Positions 13,757 through 21,254 of a stretch of 64,000 nt of DNA are shown here, in pieces. The position numbers were made by a program, and so were the translations under genes. Numbering within the stretch: the stretch's first letter is position 1; every line of letters begins with the position of its first letter. Under the pieces are notes generated by a model. The model was given only the letters and a program-made list of their open reading frames with translations, was not told where the DNA came from and did not search any database. The DNA is taken from contig JAPUET010000009.1 in the NCBI GenBank assembly GCA_027492465.1, positions 15,687 to 79,686 of the forward strand. Reading direction: 5' to 3'. The stretch comes from Candidatus Saccharimonadota bacterium (GTDB lineage: Bacteria > Patescibacteriota > Saccharimonadia > Saccharimonadales > Saccharimonadaceae).

Positions 13757-16447
13757 TTATGGACGAGGTCCTCTTCCGGCGTAATAGTCTAGCCATGCAC
13801 GGTTATTTCCTATATTCTTACTAATCTCATGGCTTCCAAGAGCATCCTGAGCACGGTCACGCATAGGAGTAGGGACGGTTCCTCCGTTTGAATCTGCAAC
13901 GTACTGCAGCTCCTCATTAGAGGTTTTTGAGATTGACTCAGCAGAATAGCGACCGACCCCCACCTGAGCCTGGGTTTCCAAGTGTAAAGAATTACCGCTC
14001 ATATCTACATTACTGCCCTCGCGCAAGCTTTGTAGAGACCCTTGTCCGATAAAGCCCGGTTTAGCATTCGATCTTGCAGTTGCATTTGCCACGATTCGTT
14101 TTGTCTCTTTACTATTTCTATCATCTCCACCATCAACTACAGAGTTCCATGACGCCTGCGCCCCTTCGTAATCTCCGCGCGTGAACTGCTCGGTAATAGC
14201 GGCTGCACGCATTGCGGAATCTTTTCCATTTATACCTTTAATACTCTCGCCGTTTGCGACTTGTCGTAATTCCGCCCGCGTAAGGTTCGCCTGTTCAATT
14301 TGCGCACGCGAGGCTTCAACGTTCTCTGCCTCAAGCTTATTCACAATTTGTGCCGCCTGTTGTGCGGTACGCGTCCCCAATTGACCAGTGATAGAGCTTG
14401 AATTAAGACGCTTATTCACGCCACTTGCAGCGCGTGCTACTAGGCCTTTTCCTTGATACACGCCACCTTGTATCTGGGCCCTTTTAATCTGCTGATTACG
14501 GTCCCACGCCTTCTTGTACGCGCCTAATTGAGAATGTTCGCCAACGTTTTTACGAACCATTTGTCTCGACTTATCTGCCCAACCACTTAACTTTGCCCCA
14601 AAATCACCAAATCCATCGTTTGCTTTCTGCAGGGCTTTTGGCACTACAAAGAAGGGGAGTGCCGCCACACCTAGTGCGGCCCACTGCAGCACGTTGTTGC
14701 CAGTCTTACCTGCCACATCGTTAAGAATATTCGCCGCCAAGGCACTGGCTCCAAAAATGACCGCAATAATGGGAAAGAGCACCAATAAAGAAACGAACGC
14801 TTTGCGCCACTTTTTAAACCACTCTTCCGTATTTGGTAGCAAATAGGCCACAAAGGCAAGCGGGGCTATAGCTACCAGTAACACAATCAGGGCCTGGCGA
14901 GCAATGAGTATTAGTACTATCATAGCGATTGCCAAAAAGGTTGAAAGCAGTACAGGCACGCTTAGCGCCAGAAATAAAACCCCAGCACCCGCAATGGCTG
15001 CTACCGTTACTCCAGTATAAGTAAGCCCAGTTCCAACACTGAACTGGGATGAGTCAGAAGGAGTGTCACCTATGCTAATGGTATTCACGAAAAAGTGACT
15101 TAAACCGTATCCTAAGATATTACTAACATCCACCGCAAGCTGACATATAATAAACGATGTATTTACCAATAATGCCGCCACGACAATGCGTGGCAACATA
15201 CGCTTAATGCCATAATTACTAATACCAATTGAGGTAATTTGTGAATACACTACAAAAAGTAGGGCAATCACAAAACAAATATTCGCAACGTCGCGAAACT
15301 TCGACCAAGCGTCATTGGCATTCTTTACAAGATTAGGGTCGACACTTAAAAAATTACTTGCAAGAAAGCTATACGCTGCGTCGTTTATACCGGCAACGAA
15401 TGTAAGCGCAGGGCATATAAGCCAACCAACCCCTTCAATGGTGCAGGTGGGCGTGTCTTCGTCGGCGCAGGTTTTAGTTTCCTCGTTCCAGGTGGGACTG
15501 TTTTCATTACAGTCGTCAGATCGATCCGTAGCAGCACTGCTCGTTACGGCATTTTCTGGGTTTTTATTATTCCATTCGGCAATCGACCCCGCCATACCGT
15601 TTATCTTCTCTAGTAGTTTTTCGCATGTCGTACTCTGTCCATCCCAGTCGTAGTTATCGATAGGATATTTAGCCCTATTGGCAATAGATTGCGTATTAGT
15701 AAACTCTACCTCAACATCTTTAGTTATAAATTTACCCGCTTTTGCAGGATCTTCAATGACTTGCTTGTAAGTAGCTTTAGCGCCTTTGCCCGTAGGTGGT
15801 ATTGAGAGATTGCATGTTGCGCTAAGAATACGGATATAATTATAATATTGCGCGGCACTAATTTGCTGATTCTTATCAACTATATCGTTAGCCGTGTCTC
15901 TGTCATTTACACGGTTATAGATATTTAGGGTTGCATTATAGAACCCTGTTGAGCACTGGCCATTACTAATGGTGCCGTCACATTTTTTAATTTCTTTTGT
16001 ACTTTGCTGGTAGCCAATCTTTAATAAATAGTCACCGACAGAGCTAAATCCAAGCGACTGAAGGGCAGTGTTTACTTTATCGCCGTCATTACAATTTGTA
16101 CGACCACTGTCTGGCTGGAACCACATACCTATACTTACACCCGTAGGGCTAACGCCAGTGGTACCAGCAAGCATTTGGTCTGCAGAGCCTTCAGGAATGG
16201 ATTTTTTAGCATCTCCCTTCTGAGCAAGACAGTCACGTAAGAAACGTGCACCATAATACCTGTCGTTAATCGGACCAAGAAAACTAGCTGCATCCGCCGA
16301 AGCAGGAGTGGGGGCAAAAAGTTGTACAACCGTAGCCAGCATAAATACCACTGCCACTAGGGGCATAGTCCACCGGCTATGCTTTTTTATTGTAACCATA
16401 ACTGGTATACATTGTGGCATACACCCATCGAATATACCAGCCTCCAA
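13757..16447 (-). CDS. TrbL/VirB6-like polytopic T4SS channel protein with Cys-rich exported head (paralogue B)
   Basis: 896-aa ORF (alternative start M17 at 16399). The TM core is clearly paralogous to 10801-13731 (VANICFVIALLFVVYSQITSIGISNYGIKRMLPRIVVAALLVNTSFIICQLAVDVSNILGYG). The exported head is about 330 aa with about 12 Cys. The cytoplasmic tail is about 300 aa. Confidence 0.8.
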   Translation of the reverse strand: MEAGIFDGCMPQCIPVMVTIKKHSRWTMPLVAVVFMLATVVQLFAPTPASADAASFLGPINDRYYGARFLRDCLAQKGDAKKSIPEGSADQMLAGTTGVSPTGVSIGMWFQPDSGRTNCNDGDKVNTALQSLGFSSVGDYLLKIGYQQSTKEIKKCDGTISNGQCSTGFYNATLNIYNRVNDRDTANDIVDKNQQISAAQYYNYIRILSATCNLSIPPTGKGAKATYKQVIEDPAKAGKFITKDVEVEFTNTQSIANRAKYPIDNYDWDGQSTTCEKLLEKINGMAGSIAEWNNKNPENAVTSSAATDRSDDCNENSPTWNEETKTCADEDTPTCTIEGVGWLICPALTFVAGINDAAYSFLASNFLSVDPNLVKNANDAWSKFRDVANICFVIALLFVVYSQITSIGISNYGIKRMLPRIVVAALLVNTSFIICQLAVDVSNILGYGLSHFFVNTISIGDTPSDSSQFSVGTGLTYTGVTVAAIAGAGVLFLALSVPVLLSTFLAIAMIVLILIARQALIVLLVAIAPLAFVAYLLPNTEEWFKKWRKAFVSLLVLFPIIAVIFGASALAANILNDVAGKTGNNVLQWAALGVAALPFFVVPKALQKANDGFGDFGAKLSGWADKSRQMVRKNVGEHSQLGAYKKAWDRNQQIKRAQIQGGVYQGKGLVARAASGVNKRLNSSSITGQLGTRTAQQAAQIVNKLEAENVEASRAQIEQANLTRAELRQVANGESIKGINGKDSAMRAAAITEQFTRGDYEGAQASWNSVVDGGDDRNSKETKRIVANATARSNAKPGFIGQGSLQSLREGSNVDMSGNSLHLETQAQVGVGRYSAESISKTSNEELQYVADSNGGTVPTPMRDRAQDALGSHEISKNIGNNRAWLDYYAGRGPRP

Positions 16448-16492
16448 TGGACTGGTATATTTATATACTAGCTAAACTCTATTTCAAGGTCG

Positions 16493-17356
16493 CTACGAGT
16501 TTTCGGGTGCCTTACTTATGAAAGATGTGGGTTTCATCGTTTTATCTTTAGTATCGTAATGTAGCCCCTTTAGGATTCCCCGGTAAAGTCCTGGGTCCTG
16601 TACTGCAACAGGGTGCTTCAGTCCAAGACTATTGGTAAGCATCTCAGCCATATCTGCATCAATAGTGTCCTGTATCGTATACTCGAACTCTGCGCCATCC
16701 GATGTTGCCTTAACATCTTTAATGGTATGTGTAACTCGATATTCTGGCACGTTGAGACCCTGCTCGCGAGCAAAATGCACGATCCACGCTGCGTTTACGT
16801 AACTATGTATACCGTTATCGCCCTTGGTATCGAATTCACCAATAAGCTGCCGAAGGGCTGGCTGAATTTTTTTGAACATCATCTCGGTAAAGTCGTTAGA
16901 TGTAACTGCGTTACTGCCACCCATCTCGTTACCCTCAATTGCTCGCCACTTTTCTAGGTTTTTGCTTGATCCTATTGAGTTAAGGAGCTTATCCTCAATC
17001 TCTGGATAGTATTTCTCGGCCCACTCTTCTGGCGAAGTACCTTCCGGAACTCGGGTAGCCTCCATTATGCCCCTTGGCGTCATATCATAGATTGCTTCCG
17101 ATGTAAGATTGGGAAACATTTCTGGTTTTTGACTCGATGTTTCGGGTGCTGAAGGCGGTACGTTTTCACTTGGGCTGGCTGCTTGGGGGTTATTTGGAGA
17201 TGCACAGCTCGCTAAAAGAAAACCAGCTGTCGTTCCTAAAATCATTGTACGACGACTAACTAGGGGTTCGCTTGTATCTGTATCTGTATCTGTAATTGAA
17301 TTGGTCGGTTCGGTCGGTTCGCCGCCGGGTTTACGCCGAAAAAATGATAGTGCCAT
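16493..17356 (-). CDS. putative secreted lipoprotein (twin-arginine-like signal)
   Basis: 287-aa ORF. Contains ...VSRRTMILGTTAGFLLASCASP (RR motif, hydrophobic region, lipobox LASC). Short tandem repeats encode TDTDTDT and EPTEPT. Co-oriented with and 45 nt downstream of VirB6-like B. Confidence 0.7.
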   Translation of the reverse strand: MALSFFRRKPGGEPTEPTNSITDTDTDTSEPLVSRRTMILGTTAGFLLASCASPNNPQAASPSENVPPSAPETSSQKPEMFPNLTSEAIYDMTPRGIMEATRVPEGTSPEEWAEKYYPEIEDKLLNSIGSSKNLEKWRAIEGNEMGGSNAVTSNDFTEMMFKKIQPALRQLIGEFDTKGDNGIHSYVNAAWIVHFAREQGLNVPEYRVTHTIKDVKATSDGAEFEYTIQDTIDADMAEMLTNSLGLKHPVAVQDPGLYRGILKGLHYDTKDKTMKPTSFISKAPENS

Positions 17357-17475
17357 AATGGATTGATTCTCCTTGTAGTAGCTGTGAGTTATTTCTATTC
17401 GCTACGGATTATATTAAAAACCATTTATGTTTATGCTCTTTATTATATCAAACATTAGCGAAAATGTCAATATGC

Positions 17476-17505
17476 TTGTGGATAGAAATAATCAGGTGCT
17501 ATACT
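17476..17505 (+). promoter_or_regulatory. sigma70-like promoter, apparently leaderless start of prgI-virB4 operon
   Basis: TTGTGG (17476-17481), 18-nt spacer, TATACT (17500-17505). The ATG at 17514 is 8 nt after the -10, and there is no SD. Confidence 0.4.
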
Positions 17506-17513
17506 AAAGACAA

Positions 17514-18503
17514 ATGGCAGTCTATAAGGTGGCGCAGGATGTCGAGGCGGACGATAAATTAATCGGGCCGTTTAGTTTTCGCCAGTTTATTTACCTTATT
17601 ATTGTAGCGATTTCGATTCTTATTGGGTGGGGGTTAGCGCATTTGTTTGTATTGCTGGCAATCTTGCCACTACCGGTTATTGTGTTTTTTGGCGCACTAG
17701 CTCTACCGCTTCGTAAAGATCAGCCAATGGAAGTGTATATGGCTGCGCTCGTTTCGTTTTATCTAAAGCCACGTAAGCGCCTATGGATACCAGACGGCAT
17801 AGAGTCGCTCATTGAAATCACTGCTCCAAAGGTAGTGGAAGTACGGCGTGTGAAGGATATTGATGAACTAGAGGCAGAGCGGCGACTTTCGTACCTTGCC
17901 GATATTGCCGATACTCGCGGGTGGGCGGTTCGTCATGCGGCACAGCCAATGGCGGAGAGCTCGATGATAAGCGACGCGTATTTTGAAGCACAGCAAGCAC
18001 CCGATGTACTCGATAGCAATAGCGGAGTGGCTCAGTCATTTAATGCAATGATAAACGAAGCAGATGCCAAGCGACGTAAAGAGGCGACAGAACGTATGCA
18101 TAGCATTGCCGTGCCGTCGCGACCAGAGGCTCAGGTAAGTACACCTGCTCCTCAGACAGTTCCTCAACCTCAGCCACAGCCGCAAATGCAACTGCAAACA
18201 CCGGCGGCGAGCGACGATTCAACTGGCCTACATCCGCTTTACAATCCGTATCCAAGTTCGATTCATCAATCTGTTATTCAGCCGCTCGGAGCGTCGGGGC
18301 GAGTGCCTGGGCACTTGAACGATCCTGCAAAGACTGAGAATCCGACAGAATCTCCCGCAACTACTAGCGAAAAACAGATTTCACCTGATATAATTAATCT
18401 TGCAAGCAATACCGATTTATCGATAGAGACGATTCAACACGAGGCACACCGTATCCAGCAAAAAGCTGAAGACGACGGCGAAGTGTTTGTACCGCTTCGA
18501 TAA
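17514..18503 (+). CDS. PrgI/VirB3-like T4SS membrane protein with long P/Q-rich C-terminal extension
   Basis: 329-aa ORF. The N-terminus (VAQDVEADDKLIGPFSFRQFIYLIIVAISILIGWGL + second TM) fits the PrgI-family pattern found next to VirB4 in monoderm T4SSs. The C-terminal ~200 aa is low complexity (PQPQPQPQMQLQTP). Confidence 0.7.
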   Translation: MAVYKVAQDVEADDKLIGPFSFRQFIYLIIVAISILIGWGLAHLFVLLAILPLPVIVFFGALALPLRKDQPMEVYMAALVSFYLKPRKRLWIPDGIESLIEITAPKVVEVRRVKDIDELEAERRLSYLADIADTRGWAVRHAAQPMAESSMISDAYFEAQQAPDVLDSNSGVAQSFNAMINEADAKRRKEATERMHSIAVPSRPEAQVSTPAPQTVPQPQPQPQMQLQTPAASDDSTGLHPLYNPYPSSIHQSVIQPLGASGRVPGHLNDPAKTENPTESPATTSEKQISPDIINLASNTDLSIETIQHEAHRIQQKAEDDGEVFVPLR

Positions 18504-18534
18504 TTGGGAGCAATATCAGAGTTAGGGAGGGGAC

Positions 18535-19410
18535 GTGCCACCAAACACGCAACAAGCCAATCAAATGCAGCCGCAACCAAGTGTCGGTATGCCTGGGCCA
18601 GAACAGCAGTTTGTTCCGCCTACCCAAATGCCAGCCGCCCAGCCAGCAGGAAGTGCTCAAGGCAATCAAAAGCCAGTAGAGCGAAAGGCTAATTCAACCC
18701 AAAACTCACTACTCTTAAGCGAGCTACGTGACAGCATGGTAATTATGGCTGACGGTAGTTTTCGAGCAGTAATTGCGTGTAAATCGATCAACTTTGACCT
18801 TATGAGTTCGCGTGAACGCGAGGGTGTAGAATTTAGCTACCAAAATTTCTTGAACGCCCTGTACTTTCCGGTACAGATTTTTATTCGTTCACAGCGGGTT
18901 GATATTGGGCCGTACCTGGATAAGCTGGAAGAGACTCGTCGCGGACAAGATAATATGCTTTTGAATGTGCTAATGGACGATTATATTGGGTTTATTGACG
19001 CACTTGCACAAGAGGCGAATATTATGGATAAAAGCTTTTTTATCGTGGTACCGTTTTTTCCGGCCGGCGACGTAGCAAATGTTGTTGAGCAGGGTAAGGG
19101 CTTCTTTACCAAGATACTTGGGGGTGGCGCACCTGTAAATCCTATAACAAAAATCGATAAAGCCTCGTATGAAAAAGCGAAGGAAGAGATTAAGAACCGA
19201 GTTGATGCCGTGATGAGCGGACTTATGCAGGTAGGAGTGCAGTCGATGCAATTGAACACAAAACAGCTTGGGGAGTTGTATTACAACGTGTATAACCCCG
19301 ATACGGCCGTGCGTGAACCACTGGGTGACTTTTCAAATGTAACATCAACCTATGTACGGAAGGCTGAACCGGCACCAACCGAAGTGGCACCGACAGGGGG
19401 TAATGCATAA
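18535..19410 (+). CDS. VirB4 N-terminal-domain-like protein (separate ORF)
   Basis: 291-aa ORF with about 60 aa of P/Q-rich N-terminus. It then has LSELRDSMVIMADGSFRAVIACKSINFDLMSSREREGVEFSYQNFLNALYFPVQIFIRSQRVDIGPYL, resembling the CagE/TrbE/VirB4 N-domain. Its stop overlaps the next start (TAATG). Confidence 0.6.
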   Translation: MPPNTQQANQMQPQPSVGMPGPEQQFVPPTQMPAAQPAGSAQGNQKPVERKANSTQNSLLLSELRDSMVIMADGSFRAVIACKSINFDLMSSREREGVEFSYQNFLNALYFPVQIFIRSQRVDIGPYLDKLEETRRGQDNMLLNVLMDDYIGFIDALAQEANIMDKSFFIVVPFFPAGDVANVVEQGKGFFTKILGGGAPVNPITKIDKASYEKAKEEIKNRVDAVMSGLMQVGVQSMQLNTKQLGELYYNVYNPDTAVREPLGDFSNVTSTYVRKAEPAPTEVAPTGGNA

Positions 19411-21251
19411 TGGCAAAGAAACTTGACCCGATTGATATTGCAGCTCAACAGCGTGCCCGCGAACAGGCCGAGGTAGAGCAAGCCTTTCTAAAGGGCATGA
19501 CGACGCTGCGCGACCTCATTGCGCCGAGTAGCCTCGAGATCCACAGCAGCCACTTTAGGGTTGGTACAAAGTACGGTCGAACATTATATATTTACGGATA
19601 CCCGCGAGAACTCTATACCGGTTGGCTTTCGGGGCTCATTAATATTGATCAGGTGATCGATATTAGTATGTTTATTTACCCCGTAGAAACAGAGGTAGTG
19701 CTAAATAATCTTCGCAAGAAGGTAACGCAGCTCGAAGCTGATATGAGCATTTTAAACGATAAGGGCCGAACACGCGATCCCGCAAAAGAAGCCGCGCTGG
19801 CAGATGCCGAGGAACTACGCGACCAACTACAGGTGGGCGCAGAGCGATTCTTCCGTTATGGCTTATATGTAACTATTTATGCCGATAGCCTGGAAGAGCT
19901 TGGGTTTGTGCAGCACGCTATTGAAACGCTATTTGGCCAGCAACTGGTATATAGCAAAGTCGCCTCGAGCCAGCAAGAGCAAGGGCTTAATAGTACGATT
20001 CCGCAAATGGCCGACCAATTGCAAATTCGTCGTAACATGAATACCGGTGCTATTAGTACGAGTTTTCCATTTACCAGTGCCGACTTAACTCAAGAAAAGG
20101 GCGTGTTATATGGCATAAATATGCACAATAACGGCTTGGTGATTTTTGACCGCTACAGCTTAGAGAACGCCAACATGGTAGTATTCGCAAAGTCGGGTGC
20201 CGGTAAGTCGTTTACCGTGAAACTTGAGGCGCTGCGCAGTATGATGCTCGGTGCTGATATTTTGATTATCGACCCAGAAAACGAATATCAGAAACTGAGC
20301 GATGCGGTAGGGGGCAGTTATATTCGCCTTAGCCTTAATAGTGATACGCGTATTAATCCGTTTGATTTACCACAGGTTATTGATAGCGACGAGGCTGATG
20401 ATGCGCTGCGAGCGAACCTCGTAACTCTGCATGGATTGCTACGTTTGATGTTGGGCGGGAGCCAGATGGCGGCGAATGGCCAGCTAATGGCTGGTCTCAC
20501 ACCCGCCGAAGAAGCCGATCTTGACCAAGGATTGATTGACACCTACGCGCGCGTGGGTATTACCAGCGACCCGCTAACACATAACTCTACACCGCCAACA
20601 ATTAGCGATTTATATGACACATTGCTCCATATGGGCGGAACCGGCCCACAACTGGCGCAGCGACTCCGTAAATACACCAGCGGGACGTTTGCGGGAATCT
20701 TTAGCCAGCAGAGTAATATCGATATTAATAACAATATGGTGGTGTTTAATATTCGCGACCTTGAGGACGAACTGCGCCCCGTGGCGATGTATATTGTGCT
20801 CTCGCATATCTGGAATATTACCCGCACAGTGAAAAAGAAGCGTATGTTGATTGTGGACGAGGCATGGCAACTAATGAAATATGACGACAGCGCAAACTTT
20901 TTATTCAGCCTCGCTAAACGCGCTCGAAAATACGCTCTTGGTCTTACTACCATTACCCAAGACGTTGAAGATTTCATGGGAAGCAAGATGGGGCGCGCAA
21001 TTGTCGCGAACAGTTCAATGCAGTTACTGCTAAAACAATCTTCGAGTGCAGTGGATGTGCTTGCTGATATTTTCAAGCTTACTGAAGAGGAGCGAAAACG
21101 GCTTGCCAACTTCCCGGTTGGGCAGGGGTTGTTCTTTGCCGGGCAAAACCATGTACATATTCAAATTATTGCCAGCCAGACAGAAACGGAACTTATTACT
21201 ACCAACCCGCAAACGGCGCTCACCCAAGGACAACAAGGTACAGGAGCCTAG
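19410..21251 (+). CDS. virB4: VirB4-family T4SS ATPase
   Basis: 613-aa ORF. Walker A VVFAKSGAGKSFTVK, Walker B KKRMLIVDEAWQL, TTITQDVEDF. The N-terminal part (YGRTLYIYGYPRELYTGWLSGLI) is like monoderm VirB4 (PrgJ/TcpF type). Confidence 0.92.
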   Translation: MAKKLDPIDIAAQQRAREQAEVEQAFLKGMTTLRDLIAPSSLEIHSSHFRVGTKYGRTLYIYGYPRELYTGWLSGLINIDQVIDISMFIYPVETEVVLNNLRKKVTQLEADMSILNDKGRTRDPAKEAALADAEELRDQLQVGAERFFRYGLYVTIYADSLEELGFVQHAIETLFGQQLVYSKVASSQQEQGLNSTIPQMADQLQIRRNMNTGAISTSFPFTSADLTQEKGVLYGINMHNNGLVIFDRYSLENANMVVFAKSGAGKSFTVKLEALRSMMLGADILIIDPENEYQKLSDAVGGSYIRLSLNSDTRINPFDLPQVIDSDEADDALRANLVTLHGLLRLMLGGSQMAANGQLMAGLTPAEEADLDQGLIDTYARVGITSDPLTHNSTPPTISDLYDTLLHMGGTGPQLAQRLRKYTSGTFAGIFSQQSNIDINNNMVVFNIRDLEDELRPVAMYIVLSHIWNITRTVKKKRMLIVDEAWQLMKYDDSANFLFSLAKRARKYALGLTTITQDVEDFMGSKMGRAIVANSSMQLLLKQSSSAVDVLADIFKLTEEERKRLANFPVGQGLFFAGQNHVHIQIIASQTETELITTNPQTALTQGQQGTGA

Positions 21252-21254
21252 CGC

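Noticed and set aside
20543-21109. 188-aa minus-strand ORF (plus several 60-100-aa ORFs) inside virB4
   Set aside because: It is antisense to a gene with clear Walker A/B motifs, and its sequence is low complexity and Ser/Arg-rich. Other shadow ORFs were rejected for the same reason: 21338-21811, 22805-23227 and 23748-24164 inside the M15 protein gene, 11976-12554 and 13274-13792 inside VirB6-like A, and 3428-3841 opposite the HIT gene.
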